Assembly (NCBI GenBank): GCA_001001045.1
Contig: LCIL01000005.1
Span: 21,409-85,408 of the forward strand
Origin: Candidatus Woesebacteria bacterium GW2011_GWA1_44_23
GTDB lineage: Bacteria; Patescibacteriota; Microgenomatia; UBA8517
Reading direction: 5' to 3'
DNA: 64,000 nt
The translations under genes and the position numbers were made by a program. The notes under the pieces were generated by a model. The model worked only from the letters and a program-made list of their open reading frames with translations. It did no database searches and had not been told where the DNA came from. Every line of letters starts with the position of its first letter. The first letter of the stretch is position 1. Shown here piece by piece: positions 1 to 11,644 of the stretch.

Positions 1-228
1 TTTCAGTATCTTTCCTCGGGATTTTTACAACTCATACTCCTCCCCCTGATTTTGATCCAGCAAAATCTTCAAAGCAGGCATGATGAGCTTAGGGCCCAGC
101 ATGATTACGAAACAAATATCAAGGCCGAAAAAGAAATTGAGGCTATCCTGCTTCACCTGGAAAAACAGGATGAAGTTATGCGTAAAATTTTGCAGAAGAT
201 CGAAACTTTGGAGAAAGCCGGAAAATAG
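1..228 (+). CDS. DUF1003-like membrane protein, 3' part (truncated by window edge)
   Basis: Frame 1 reads FQYLSSGFLQLILLPLILIQQNLQSRHDELRAQHDYETNIKAEKEIE...KAGK*, resembling the DUF1003 C-terminal pattern (P-I-L-x-x-Q-N...DY-x-x-N-x-KAE-x-EI). Not in the ORF track. Confidence 0.6.
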   Translation, partial: FQYLSSGFLQLILLPLILIQQNLQSRHDELRAQHDYETNIKAEKEIEAILLHLEKQDEVMRKILQKIETLEKAGK

Positions 229-234
229 TTTCCG

Positions 235-1829
235 TCACATCCTCTCCGGAGTCTGTATACCCAGAAGCTTCAAGCCATTTTTGAGTACTTGCCCCACTCC
301 AAATGTCAGGGCAAGCCTAAGCTCTTCATTTAGAAACTGTTGTACTTTTGCGCCAAATCATGTAAGAAGTTGCAGAGAAGGTTCGGTGAATATAATAGTG
401 CAGCCGATTCAATGGCTTCGGGGTATCTAACTAGACTCCGGAGAACTGATGCTTCTTCGGCATTTAAGCTTCCTTCCTTTTTTTTGCTTTCCGGCTTTGC
501 TTTTGCAAGCACGGAGTTCGTTCGGGCGACGGTATACTGAAGATAGGGCCCCGAATTGCCCTCCATGTTCATTATTTTGTCCCATTCAAAAATTACGTTG
601 CTGGCAACCGAATGCATCAGATCAAAATACTTTATTGCCCCAATTCCCACCTCTTTTGCAACATTTTCTTGGCTATTACCCAATTTTTTAGCCCTTTTAA
701 CCGCCTCATCTAATACCTCCTCCAATTTTATGGTTTTACCTTTTCTGGTACTGAATTTTTTGCCGTCGGGCGCCAGGTAAAGCCCGTGGGCGGTATGAAT
801 AAGCTTAACCCGCTCTTTCACAAGACCCAAAAGCCTGGCTGCGGCAAAAAGTTGCTTGAAATGAAGGGATTGTTCGGCTCCGACTTCATAGATAATAGTG
901 TCCGGATCCCATTTTCGCTCCCTGAACTTAATTGTCGCCAGATCGCGTGTTGCGTAGGTTGTGGCCCCGTCGCTTTTAAGAAACATCAGGGGTGTTCCTA
1001 TCCCCTCTTTGGCCAGATCGATAATCAGTGCCCCGTCTTCGCCTTTGACAAGATGTTTTTTAAAACCGGGGTCCTGCATCATTTGCTTCATTTCACTCTC
1101 GTAATAGCTTTCACCGAAGGCAAAATCTATTTTTACCCCCAAGAGCTTGTAAATCCTGTCAAACTCTTCCATTGAGGCGTCAACACACTTCTGCCAGATA
1201 TCTTTAGCCTCGCTGTCCCCCTCTTCAAGCTTTTTGAACCACTCCCGGGCGCTTTCTTCAAGACTTGAATCTGTCTCGGCAAGTTTGTGAAACTCAACGT
1301 AAAGATCCTCAAGCTTGGCAATGTCAAAATCGGCCACATTTTTCAGTTTAATCATGTAAAGAAGCTTCCCGAATTGGGTTCCCCAATCCCCCAAATGGTT
1401 ATCCCCCACGACGGTGTAGCCGAGTGCCCCGTAAAGATTGTATAAAGCGGCCCCAATTATTGTTGAGCGCAGATGCCCGATCCCAAAAGGTTTGGCAATA
1501 TTGGGCGAGGAATAATCAATTATCACTGTTTTGCCTTTGCCTGCGTCTGAAGTCCCGTATTTCTCTTTTCGCTCTTCAATTTGGCTTAAATTATCAAGAA
1601 GGGCTTCTTTTTTCAGCCAGAAGTTAATAAATCCAGGCCCTGCAACCTCTATCCGGTCCACTAAATTGGTTAAATCTTTGTTTACTTTTAACTTTTCTGC
1701 AATTTCCTCTGCTATTTTCTTCGGCGAGCCATGCTGCAGGGCAATGTTGGCGGAGTAGTCCCCGAAAGCGGGATTATCCGTTGCCTCCAGTCCGAATCCC
1801 AGGATTTTTTCTAGTACTGTTTTCATCAC
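235..1829 (-). CDS. argS: Arginine--tRNA ligase (frame break near 330)
   Basis: FGDYS, IDYSSPNIAKPFGIGHLRST (HIGH-like), GDWGTQFG, KFSTRKG, GNSGPYLQY. The canonical C-terminus NEELRLALTFGVGQVLKNGLKLLGIQTPERM* lies in another frame, ending at TGA 235-237. Confidence 0.95.
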
Positions 1830-1882
1830 GGCAATGTCAAGATCATGATAATATCTTGCTTGTTGATTTATTCTACAACATT

Positions 1883-2761
1883 TTACTCTATCCAGTACTT
1901 TGTTCCGTCGGTCGTTACCCGGATATCCCCCGCTTGATCGGTTCTTAAAACCTTGACGTTATATCTCGCCAACATGTCGATTATTTCCGGGCGGGGAAAA
2001 TTCCACATGTTTTTGCCAACGCTGATTACCGCAACTTTAGGCACAAGGGACTTGAGGAGATTCTCGGTTAATCCGTTGACACTTCCATGATGAGGTATTT
2101 TGATATAGTTGACGCCCCCTTCCGTCACAACTTTTGATAGTTCGTCGGATAGCTCCTTGGGTATATCTCCCGGGAAAAACCCCGAGAAGTTTTTGAAGCT
2201 AAGTATGTAGACTATTGAATACAGATTGGTGTCCCTCGAAATCAGGTATTTTGCCATGTTGTCGTTGAGGTCATTGATGATTAGCTTAGCATAGAGCTCT
2301 TTGGAAGGGTTAAGTATATCTAAATATATCAGACCTACCCCAAGTCTCATGCCTGCAACCGGACTGATGACGGGTATACCCCGACCCCCCACCTCTTTTT
2401 TTAGCACTTCATAAACGGAAGTGCCAGGATCTATCGGGTTAATCAGAATTCCGCCCACTCTATAATTTTTGACCACTTCTATTAAACCGCTTGAATGGTC
2501 CTTGTCCGGATGAGTGGAAATAATTAGTTCAACGTCACGGTCCCAAAAAGGCATGTACTTCCCCAGACAACTCAAGACGCTTTTATCAGGTCCCCCGTCC
2601 GTCAGTATTTGGGTTTTTCCGTAAGTAATTAATATCGCATCCCCCAGTCCGACGTCACAGGCGATAACATGTAAATTTCCGTCCGGCAACTGAGTAAGAG
2701 CAACAACTGCCGTTGCCAGCATAAGCAGTAGTATTCCAAAAATATATTTCCAAAATTTCAT
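1883..2761 (-). CDS. ComEC-associated metallo-beta-lactamase-fold nuclease domain protein
   Basis: DVGLGDA, THPDKDHSSG, KIPHHGS, ISVG, RTD-x-x-G motifs. ATG at 2761 overlaps the stop of the upstream ComEC gene (ATGA). Confidence 0.85.
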   Translation of the reverse strand: MKFWKYIFGILLLMLATAVVALTQLPDGNLHVIACDVGLGDAILITYGKTQILTDGGPDKSVLSCLGKYMPFWDRDVELIISTHPDKDHSSGLIEVVKNYRVGGILINPIDPGTSVYEVLKKEVGGRGIPVISPVAGMRLGVGLIYLDILNPSKELYAKLIINDLNDNMAKYLISRDTNLYSIVYILSFKNFSGFFPGDIPKELSDELSKVVTEGGVNYIKIPHHGSVNGLTENLLKSLVPKVAVISVGKNMWNFPRPEIIDMLARYNVKVLRTDQAGDIRVTTDGTKYWIE

Positions 2762-3840
2762 GCGAATAAATAAACCATTTTTACAAACCACCAGTTTAAG
2801 GGGTAGGAAAGCCAAAGTATCATTTTACCCAAAAACGGGAATGCCAGACCTATTACTCCCCCTATGCTTCCCAGAATCATAATATAAGGGATTGTCCAAA
2901 GAACAAGTGCGTTGATAAGCGGAGACCATATATTAAACTGTCCAAATGTGACAAACAATATCGGAGCTACTCCGATTTGGGCGGCAAATGAGGTGGTCAA
3001 GCCCTCTTTCAAAATCTGCGGGACAAATTTTAGCCGCTTTGCAATCTTTTTTTCAAAAAGCATTATGGAGGCAGTGGAAACAAAGGAAAGGGCAAAACCG
3101 ATATCGGTTATCCAATCCGGCTCAATTACAAGCATGAGTGCTGCCGTGAGAAACAAAATCCGCCACGCCGTAACCAGCCTTCCCGTTTCCGCCGCCCAAA
3201 AGGCCAGCAGCGCCATGACCGCTGCCCTGACAAGCGGAGCCTCAAATCCCGACAAGAACAGATATAAAATAATACCTAATATAACAAACAGTATCGCCTT
3301 TTTCCGCGGTAGCAAGAGGGTTGTTATACCCATTAAAAAGGAGACAACAAAAGTTACGTTAGTGCCCGAGGCAACTACGACATGGGCAACTCCGGTAAGT
3401 TTCACCTTGTCCCAAAAGTCGGCGGTTAATGTTCCTTTACTTCCCAAGATTATTCCGGCAGTTAGACCCGACATCGGCTGGGGTAAAACTTCCTGGTAAA
3501 AAGCGATTATTCTTTTTCGGGCTAGGGAGCCAAAACTTATATTTCCGCTTACGGAAATTAGTTTTGGATCTTTTAATTTTCCATTACTTACCACTCCTTC
3601 AACCACCACCCTATCCCCGTAAGACACTTCCGGGTAGGCCGGAAGGTAAGCGGTTAATCCCGCGATTTTAATTCCCTGAAAACCCGGATAACTAATCGGG
3701 TCGGTAAAGACGGTTGCGGTTATCCGTACCGCGTCCCCGTTTTTATAAACCGGACGGGATGAGTAAAAACGGAAAGCAATTAATGAAATTATGAAGACTA
3801 TTAACATCAAATTTCTAAAAATTGGAGGGTTTTTAGTCAT
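2758..3840 (-). CDS. comEC: ComEC/Rec2 competence channel (membrane domain, split gene)
   Basis: TGVAHVVVASGTNV, RAAVMA, GFALSF and multiple TM helices. Confidence 0.9.
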   Translation of the reverse strand: MTKNPPIFRNLMLIVFIISLIAFRFYSSRPVYKNGDAVRITATVFTDPISYPGFQGIKIAGLTAYLPAYPEVSYGDRVVVEGVVSNGKLKDPKLISVSGNISFGSLARKRIIAFYQEVLPQPMSGLTAGIILGSKGTLTADFWDKVKLTGVAHVVVASGTNVTFVVSFLMGITTLLLPRKKAILFVILGIILYLFLSGFEAPLVRAAVMALLAFWAAETGRLVTAWRILFLTAALMLVIEPDWITDIGFALSFVSTASIMLFEKKIAKRLKFVPQILKEGLTTSFAAQIGVAPILFVTFGQFNIWSPLINALVLWTIPYIMILGSIGGVIGLAFPFLGKMILWLSYPLNWWFVKMVYLFA

Positions 3841-3860
3841 TAAAAATCGATAACCGGAAA

Positions 3861-4490
3861 TTAATATACGCTAACCAAATCTTTGACCTTTTGATAGACG
3901 GAGGACTTGAGAACCCCCTTCGACAAGAGTTCTGAGGTATCTGAGTATGGTCTGTATTCAATGATTCTTTGGCCGTAAACAGGGCCAATACCCGGTAAGG
4001 AGTCCAATTCTCCCAGGCTGGCTGTATTAATGTTAATTAGCGTGTTACTATCGGATGAAAAAGTCGATGATACAGTTTGATCCCCCCCACTATTTTTAGC
4101 ACTCAGGACATTTGAGTGCTCATTTATGTTTGGTATATAAACCTTCTGCCCATCCGTCAACTTTGACGCCCGATTAAGGTATTTATCGGTCCAATTTCTG
4201 TCGGCATTTATACTAAATCCTCCGGAAACGATCAATAAATCCTCTACCCTGCCTCCCGCCGGCAGTCTATAAACACCGGGGGTCAAAACTTCCCCGGCAA
4301 TTTCCACTGCAATTTCTCCGTTAACTGCGGCCGATGTAGTCGCCGTCAAAACCTCCACTTTAGTTGAAGGAGACACCAGTCCGCTTTTAACAATGAAAAG
4401 ACCTGTGGCGATTAATATCAGACCCAGTAAAAGAAAAAGGAGAGGATAGCGGAATTTAATAATCAGTTCGTCAACATTGAAACCATTCAT
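3861..4490 (-). CDS. comEA: ComEA-family DNA-binding protein (SLBB + helix-hairpin-helix)
   Basis: N-terminal TM; VEIAGEVLTPGVYRLP (SLBB); ININTASLGELDSLPGIGPVYGQRII (HhH). Confidence 0.9.
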   Translation of the reverse strand: MNGFNVDELIIKFRYPLLFLLLGLILIATGLFIVKSGLVSPSTKVEVLTATTSAAVNGEIAVEIAGEVLTPGVYRLPAGGRVEDLLIVSGGFSINADRNWTDKYLNRASKLTDGQKVYIPNINEHSNVLSAKNSGGDQTVSSTFSSDSNTLININTASLGELDSLPGIGPVYGQRIIEYRPYSDTSELLSKGVLKSSVYQKVKDLVSVY

Positions 4491-4509
4491 CTAATTAGTT
4501 ATACCCTAT

Positions 4510-6640
4510 TTAGATGACAAAGTTAACTAACTTGCCGGGGACAAACACTACCTTCTTGATGTCTTTTCCCTTTATGAATGCTGAACGGCTTACCCAGGAT
4601 CTCCACCCAAGCCTCTTCACTCAGGTGAGGCGCGAAAGGAGCCAGAAGAAGCGCCAGAGCCTCCAGGTATTCGGTACTATATGTTTTGTACTCGTTTATC
4701 ATATTTACCAATTCCATTAGGGACGATATCGCAGTGTTATATTTATACTCTCCGATGTCACTCCCTACCTTTTTAATGGTTTGGTGAAGTTTTGAGGTAA
4801 CTTCGGGAATTACTTTTTCGTTTGGCTTTTCGTTAAAAAGCTTCCACACACGCTTTATAAACCTGTTTGCGCCTTCCATGCCGGAATCCCTAAAGTCGGG
4901 GGAAGCATCCATCGGTCCCATAAAAGCTAAATACAGGCGGAGGGTGTCTGCACCGAACTTATCAATATAATCGTCGGGGTTTACCACATTTCCCCTACTT
5001 TTGCTCATTTTGGATCCGTCTTTTATCATGAGCCCGTGCGCGAAAAATTTGGGGAAAGGTTCGTCGAAATCTATATGTTTCAAATCATTTAGGACCATTG
5101 TTACAAAACGGGAATACATCAGGTGCAGTACCGAATGCTCCGCTCCGCCAAAGTAAAGGTCAACGGGCAACCACTTCTTCGAAATAACCGGATCAAACGG
5201 TAACTTTGAGGATGTTCCGGCCTTGACTGACGGATAACGCAAGAAGTACCAGGATGAATCAACAAAGGTATCCATAACGTCAGTTTCGCGTTTAGCCTGC
5301 CCCCCGCAGCTAGGACACGCCACTTGATAAAATTCCTTGTGGTTTGCCAAAGGTCCCCGTCCGGAGCCTTCGGGTTTATAGTCCGATATCGGTGGAAGTA
5401 AAAGCGGCAGATCCTCCTCCGGAACCGTAACCCAACCGCATTTTGGGCAGTCGATCATGGGGATGGGTGCCCCCCAATATCTCTGCCTGCTGACCAACCA
5501 ATCCCTAAGGTGGTAATTGATGTGTTTTTTACCCCAACCCTCCTTTTCAATTCTTTCCCAGAGAGAATCATCGGGATCCTTCTCTACTATATCCAAATGA
5601 TATTTTTTAGCAAACTCCATATCACGCTCGTCATGTGCCGGAACTCCCATCACCGATCCAGTTCCGTAGCCGGCAGCTATGTAGTTAGTTTTCCAGATCG
5701 GAAGTTTTTTCCCGGTCAGAGGATCAATCGCACATTCACCGTTGGGCTCGCCGATCTTTTCGGTATTCCCCTCGTTGTACATTTTCTCATCCGCAACGGC
5801 TATAAAAGTAACCGCATTTAATGTATCCGGGCGTGTGGTAAATACAGGCAGATTCCCCCCGTTCTCTTTTTTAAAATTGATAATCATCCCCTCCGACTTC
5901 CCTATCCAGTTTTTCTGGGCGCTTACAACCCTCCGACTCCAGTCTATTTTATTTAAACCGCCCAAAAGCCTGTCGGCATAGTCCGTTATTTTGAAAAACC
6001 ACTGATCAAGGTCTTTCTTTTCCACAATCGTCCCGCAGCGCTCGCATACCTTAAGTTCTTCCGAGTACGAGACAGTTTCACCCTCTGCATTTTTAGGGTC
6101 TTTACCAGCGGTTTTCGGGCTTACTACCTGCTCGTCCGCCAGAACGGTCTTACAGGAAGGGCAAAAATTAACCGTAGCCTTTTTCTTGTAAGCAAGGCCG
6201 GCCTCAAACATCTTAATAAATAACCACTGTGTCCATCTGTAGTAATCCGGATCCGATGTTGTTACCGTTCTGGTCCAATCATATCCGTGACCGAGGCAGC
6301 GCAATTGATTCTCGTAATGCTTCGTTGTTCTTTTAACAACATCTTGGGGGTTTTCATTTATCTTAATTGCATAATTTTCGGAGTGAATTCCAAAAGAATC
6401 ATAGCCGATGGGCTGAAAGACGTCTTTCCCGTTCATTCTCATGAAACGTCCGACAATGTCACTGCCCGTTGAGGCGAAAGCATGTCCCGCATGAAGTCCT
6501 TCCGCGGAGGGGTACGGAAACATCCAAAGGTTATAGAAATGATTCTTTCCGTTTTCTATATCCGCAACGTAAAGCCCGGTCCTGTCCCATTTTTCCTGCC
6601 ATTTTTTCTCAATGGCCGCGTGGTCATACTTTTTTTGCAT
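4510..6640 (-). CDS. leuS: Leucine--tRNA ligase (internal deletion/frame break near 4572)
   Basis: MFPYPSAEGLHAGH, FTTRPDT, GVPAHDERD, LRDWLVSRQRYWG, KMSKS. The true end KGKDIKKVVFVPGKLVNFVI* (stop 4510-4512) is in a different frame directly after SIHK. Confidence 0.95.
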
Positions 6641-6687
6641 CTAAATCCTTTGCAAATTATATCGTATGAACTATACTTTTAGAAGAT

Positions 6688-7326
6688 ATGCAATTTGTAT
6701 CCCCAATCCTTGGCGTCATAACTGTTGTTGCTGCTTTTCTTATAGCGGTCAGTCCCCTGGCAGACTACGGCTTACAAATCGCGGCTTTTACGATGGTGGT
6801 TTACGTGGGGGTTTCTTTTTTAATCCGAAAGCGCATTCTTTCGGCAGACATCAAAGTTACTCTTGATATTTTGGTTTTTTCCCTGACGATTTCCCTTTTG
6901 ATATTTACCACCGGCGGTTTTGCCTCCCCCGTATTCTTTTTAAGCTACTTTTTGCTTTTTGGGGTAACTCTTTTTTCTTCCCCCATCACGGCAACCGCAA
7001 TTACCGTTACCTTCGCACTCCTTTTTATAGTTGCGCCAAAGGCCGATTTTTGGATGGATTTACTTTTCGGGAGACAATATATAAAGGTTATTGCGGACAA
7101 AAAAATGATTACCGGGCTTAATCAGAAAGTCCAAAAAGACAAAATTGATGTAACAACCTGGACCGAGGGGGATTTCCGGAGGCGCCTTCTCAGGATCCAG
7201 GAATACCTGCAAAAGCTTGGGCAGGACCCCTCCATCGAACTTGACAAAAAAGAAAGGATTAACTCACTCTACCGGCAGATTTATGATTTGTTTTTAAGCG
7301 GCAGAAGTCTGGAGAAAAAAATTTAA
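6688..7326 (+). CDS. Multi-pass membrane protein with C-terminal helical tail
   Basis: Several hydrophobic helices with a TGGFASPVFFLSYF motif, similar to membrane input domains of sensors; no catalytic output domain. Confidence 0.6.
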   Translation: MQFVSPILGVITVVAAFLIAVSPLADYGLQIAAFTMVVYVGVSFLIRKRILSADIKVTLDILVFSLTISLLIFTTGGFASPVFFLSYFLLFGVTLFSSPITATAITVTFALLFIVAPKADFWMDLLFGRQYIKVIADKKMITGLNQKVQKDKIDVTTWTEGDFRRRLLRIQEYLQKLGQDPSIELDKKERINSLYRQIYDLFLSGRSLEKKI

Positions 7327-7331
7327 ATGCA

Positions 7332-8039
7332 ATGCTTAAGCTTACCCTCGGCCTGATTGCATCCCTAATCGGAACAGCCAACGCGCAGGGCGTAATCCAA
7401 TCCCCGAATTATATAATCCAGATGCCGAATTTGAATTCGGGCGCCGGGATCCCCTCGTCCAGCAATTATAATGTCGGAACAACAATCGGCCAAACCGGAC
7501 CCGGGCTTTATTCGTCAAGCGGCTACCGCGTTAAATCCGGTTTTCAATATATTTATTCAATAATTCCGTTCTCCTTTACCATTTCATCGGTTTCCATTAA
7601 TTTCGGGAGCCTTATACCCCAAACTCCGGCAACTTCGACCAACACCCTGACCGTCGCAAGCGGAGGCGCGGGGGGGTATCAGGTCAAAGCTTCCGAAAAT
7701 ACTCCCTTGAAACTTTCAAGTTCGGCCTCAACTATTCCCAATACGAATTGTGACTCTTCCTGTACGAATACCACCGCAGGGGTGTGGAGTTCAACCTCAA
7801 GATATGGTTTTGGGTTTAACATGTCGGGGGATGACATACCCGCTGATTTTGTCGATTTGACATATTTCCGCCCGTTTGCCGATAGGGCCAATAGTGAAAG
7901 TCCCCAAATCGTGATGTCTTCAATTTATGTCGGGCGCGGCAGACAATCAACCGTCACCTACAAAGTCAATATTTCAGGGGTTCAACCGGCGGGAACTTAC
8001 AACAATATAATTACTTTTACGGCAATCCCAAGCTACTAA
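7332..8039 (+). CDS. Secreted WxL-like beta-sandwich surface protein
   Basis: Signal peptide (ANA-Q); INFGSL, GGYQV, C-terminal QPAGTYNNIITFTA strand. Confidence 0.55.
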   Translation: MLKLTLGLIASLIGTANAQGVIQSPNYIIQMPNLNSGAGIPSSSNYNVGTTIGQTGPGLYSSSGYRVKSGFQYIYSIIPFSFTISSVSINFGSLIPQTPATSTNTLTVASGGAGGYQVKASENTPLKLSSSASTIPNTNCDSSCTNTTAGVWSSTSRYGFGFNMSGDDIPADFVDLTYFRPFADRANSESPQIVMSSIYVGRGRQSTVTYKVNISGVQPAGTYNNIITFTAIPSY

Positions 8040-8042
8040 AAA

Positions 8043-8938
8043 ATGACAAGGCACAAACTACAAACTTCAATTATCGGCATATTTCTATTTTTACTTGGTT
8101 ACTTGAGGTATCCCTTTCCATCTCTCCCCCCATTACCGAACTTGCCATCCAACCGGGCAGAAGTTTCAGCCAGGTTTTTACCGTCAAAAATAACGGGGTT
8201 CCCGTCACCGTCGTTGCAAAGATTTTCCCATTTGTGCCTTTTGACAAAGAAGGGCATGCGGAGCTTATCGAGGACCAAAATTCCATTAATGCCTTTACCG
8301 GCTGGTTCTTTTTTGATACGAACCCAACGTCTCTCGGAACAACCGCCAGTCATGACTTTTATGTAAAAATTACCCCTCCCGCAGGAGCCGAGGAAAAAGA
8401 TTATTATTTTACGTTCATTGCCGAGGTCCAAAGCGACAACGGCCTGGGAATCAATAATTCAAAGGCGCAATCAAGAATCGGGGCAAATCTCCTGGTAAGC
8501 GTATCCAAAGGCGGGACACCGGGAAAAAAGGCTTCGATAATTACATTTGCTGCACCCAAAATAATAGACTCATTTTCCGGACTGACTTATGAAGTTTTAA
8601 TAGGAAATTTGGGATCAAGCTTTTTTAAACCGGTTGGCAAAATTACGGTTGATCAAATTTTAGGTTCAACCACTACACTCAACCTGGCACCTCTTAATGT
8701 ACTTGTGGGCGGATCCAGGGAAATCTCATGTATTCAGGAAGAAGAGCTAACCCCCTGCAAAATGCCCGGGAAGTTTTTGATCGGGATTTATAGAGCCAAC
8801 CTGAGTTTTACGGTTGACGGATCCGGCGAAAGTATCGAAAAACAAATTTATACTATAGCTTTTCCGTTTTCCATTGTCCTGGGACTTATTACTATATTTA
8901 TAATCTATCGGTTAATCAGGAGATTGGCCTCCACGTAG
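8043..8938 (+). CDS. DUF916/WxL-interacting-like surface protein with C-terminal TM (frame break near 8105)
   Basis: A signal-like start (8043 ORF) switches frame into EVSLSISPPITELAIQPGRSF..., continuous with the 8234 ORF. Same layout as 10536..11594. Confidence 0.6.
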
Positions 8939-9004
8939 TCTCAGTTTCCAAGTTTGGTAATTGTCACTTGACAGGATTTATAGCATGTATAACAATCTAT
9001 CTGT

Positions 9005-10534
9005 ATGCGTATAAGTAGAAGAGTTTTGTTTGTACTTCTTGTGGCAGTTTTTCTCGCCGCATTTGTATTTCTCTCCGACAGCCTCACCAGAAAAGCAGAT
9101 GCCGCTTCCCTATCAGGCGCCAAGGTGACTTTGGCCAATTCAAGACTATCCTATAAGGCGGGTGTGGCGACCGGATCCTCAGGTTCGTCAGTTGTAACAA
9201 TCGACAATTCTTCCCAGCCTGATATCAACACCGGCCATCTTTTCCCGGGTGATGTTCTTTGCTTTACCGATGCGGGGCAAAACGGATGCATCGGAAGCAA
9301 ATCTTATACAGTAGCCAGTGTTATTGATGGAACAACTTTTAACTTGACTTCCACACTCACAAATAACCTGGATACTTCGGGGTACGCGGTTGCAACGCAG
9401 TCGGGGCAATGGACGGTGTCGTTTACCACCGTAGCTGCGGTCCCGGTCGGGGGAAGTATTTTGATTACTATTCCTGAGGCAGACGGGGTTAGCGCCGTTC
9501 AAAGCAACAACGGAATTCCGGACTCAGGTTCAAGTGTCGCGCTAAGCGGTTTTGACTTAAACAGTCTTGCTGCCGGTGGTATTTCAATCACGGGCTGCAC
9601 CCCGGCAAACTGGTCAACCCCGGTTGTAACGGTTGGAGACGGAACCACCAACCATACAATTTCGATTCCCAGAGTTACCGCCGATTGTACGGGAGGAACG
9701 GCAATAGTAGTGACTCTCGGCACCGGTACTCCTTATATAGTCAATCCCGCCCCCTACATAGGCCACACCCAGGGGATTTCGGACGTTTATGGAGTAACCG
9801 TTCAGACGAAAGATGCCGGCGATAACGTTGTGGATTCAGCCATCCCCAGGGCCGCCGCCGTTGAAGCTGTTCTTATTTCGGCAAGTGTAGACGAAAGTCT
9901 GTCTCTGACCGTTGATTTCGTTACGGCAGCAACTCTTTATAATGGGGGCGTGGAAGGCGTTTGCGGCACAATTCCGGCATTATCAGATGCCAGAACTACA
10001 ACCGTCACATCAGTCCCCTGGGGAACGATAACTCAACCGAATCACTTTCTTTACGCTGCCCAAAAACTGACAGTAAGCACCAACGCGGCAACCGGCTATG
10101 TCGTAACATTTGAGGAAAATGACCAAATGGGAAGAAACGGAAATACCTGTACCGGAACTTCTCCCTCCGCCGGAGACTACACCTTCGGAGCGGGAACTTG
10201 CATAAGAGATACCACCTGTAACGGCTCTTGTTCGGAATCTGTCATGGGTGATTGGCAAAATGCGACAAGCTACCCCGGACTGGGTTATTCTCTTGCCAGC
10301 GCAAGCGGAACCGACGCTCCGTTCTTTTACAATCAGGGAGGAGGCTCAACTTGGTATGCCAAACAGCTAGCCGATAAAACCCAAGGTGGAGAGACGGCAC
10401 AGACCATTATGTCAAATGGTGCTCCGGTAAGCGGCAGCGCAGTTTATGTTTGTTACAAATTCACCATTCCCGGAACCCAGCCCGCAGGTTATTATTACAA
10501 TATAGGCAAGTATACAACCACGTCGACCTTTTAA
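9005..10534 (+). CDS. Large secreted WxL-like surface protein
   Basis: Signal peptide; Thr/Gly-rich beta protein with several Cys; VSTNAATGY and C-terminal TQPAGYYYNIGKYTTTSTF, similar to 7332..8039. Confidence 0.6.
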   Translation: MRISRRVLFVLLVAVFLAAFVFLSDSLTRKADAASLSGAKVTLANSRLSYKAGVATGSSGSSVVTIDNSSQPDINTGHLFPGDVLCFTDAGQNGCIGSKSYTVASVIDGTTFNLTSTLTNNLDTSGYAVATQSGQWTVSFTTVAAVPVGGSILITIPEADGVSAVQSNNGIPDSGSSVALSGFDLNSLAAGGISITGCTPANWSTPVVTVGDGTTNHTISIPRVTADCTGGTAIVVTLGTGTPYIVNPAPYIGHTQGISDVYGVTVQTKDAGDNVVDSAIPRAAAVEAVLISASVDESLSLTVDFVTAATLYNGGVEGVCGTIPALSDARTTTVTSVPWGTITQPNHFLYAAQKLTVSTNAATGYVVTFEENDQMGRNGNTCTGTSPSAGDYTFGAGTCIRDTTCNGSCSESVMGDWQNATSYPGLGYSLASASGTDAPFFYNQGGGSTWYAKQLADKTQGGETAQTIMSNGAPVSGSAVYVCYKFTIPGTQPAGYYYNIGKYTTTSTF

Positions 10535-10535
10535 T

Positions 10536-11594
10536 ATGAAAAAAACTGCCCTGATCATTGCTTCTTTCCTGCTCCTCCTGGGAGGAGTTTTTGTAGCCTC
10601 CCGTATTCATGCTCAAGAAAGTCTGCAGGTTTTGCCTCTGACCGTCGTTCCTCCCAAACAGGAGGTTTTGATTAACCCCGGAGAGAAGTTTTCCACCTCC
10701 GTCAAGTTTTTAAATCAGGCCGACTCCCCCGTTACAGGCTCCCTGTATGTTCTTGATTTTGTGGTTGAGGATAATGTAGGCACGCCGATGTTTCTGGATA
10801 ATCCCCAGGTTGTGGGTACGACTCAAATCCCGGCCAAGTATTCCGCTGCCAAATGGATATCGATTCCGGATGACACCGTCACCATAGCTTCAAAGGGAAA
10901 TATTTCAGTCCCGATTACGATTAACGTTCCCAAGACTGCCGTTCCCGGAGGAAGATACGCGGCGGTTCTTTTCCAGCCTGCAACAAACCTGACCATGGAG
11001 GATTCGGAATCTGCACTGGAAACTCCAATTACGGTTCGGCTTGCGTCTCTTATTTATATAAGGGTGGCCGGTCCTATTTCCGAAAGCGCAACCGTTACCA
11101 AGTTTGAGGGTCCCAAATTCCTTGAATACGGGCCCGCATCAATCACCACGCAAATTTTAAACCAGGGTAATTACCATATTTCCCCCCAGGGAGATGTCAC
11201 TTTGAAAGACATATTCGGCCGTGTGGTTGCCAAGAGCAAACTTGATGCCAGAAATATCTTCCCGGGTACTTCTAGGGTCTATACAAACGAACTGGGGCAA
11301 AAGTTGATGATCGGTAAGTTCACCACTACCCTCAATGCCACATACGGAGATACGGGAAAACTTCTCACCGCAAGTTTTGTTATGTGGGTCCTGCCCTGGA
11401 GAATAATGCTGGCGATCCTCCTGGCGCTTATAATAATTGCCCTGACAGGAACCATGTGGTACAAGAGAATCAAAAAGAAGGAAGAAAAATTGGTTGAGGA
11501 ACTTAAAGAAGAAAAGACCGAACTCGAAGAATTAAAAGAAGAGCTTAAAGATAAAGTTGCCGGCGAGCCTACTCCAAAAGAAGAGACTAAATAG
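10536..11594 (+). CDS. DUF916-like (WxL-interacting) protein with C-terminal TM and charged tail
   Basis: Signal peptide, LTVVPPKQE, PGGRYAAVLF, NQGNYHISPQG, C-terminal TM then an E/K-rich coil. Confidence 0.65.
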   Translation: MKKTALIIASFLLLLGGVFVASRIHAQESLQVLPLTVVPPKQEVLINPGEKFSTSVKFLNQADSPVTGSLYVLDFVVEDNVGTPMFLDNPQVVGTTQIPAKYSAAKWISIPDDTVTIASKGNISVPITINVPKTAVPGGRYAAVLFQPATNLTMEDSESALETPITVRLASLIYIRVAGPISESATVTKFEGPKFLEYGPASITTQILNQGNYHISPQGDVTLKDIFGRVVAKSKLDARNIFPGTSRVYTNELGQKLMIGKFTTTLNATYGDTGKLLTASFVMWVLPWRIMLAILLALIIIALTGTMWYKRIKKKEEKLVEELKEEKTELEELKEELKDKVAGEPTPKEETK

Positions 11595-11644
11595 TCCAAA
11601 CCTGCTGTGGTTAAAAACCCAAAGGACTAGTAAAATAATTAAAG

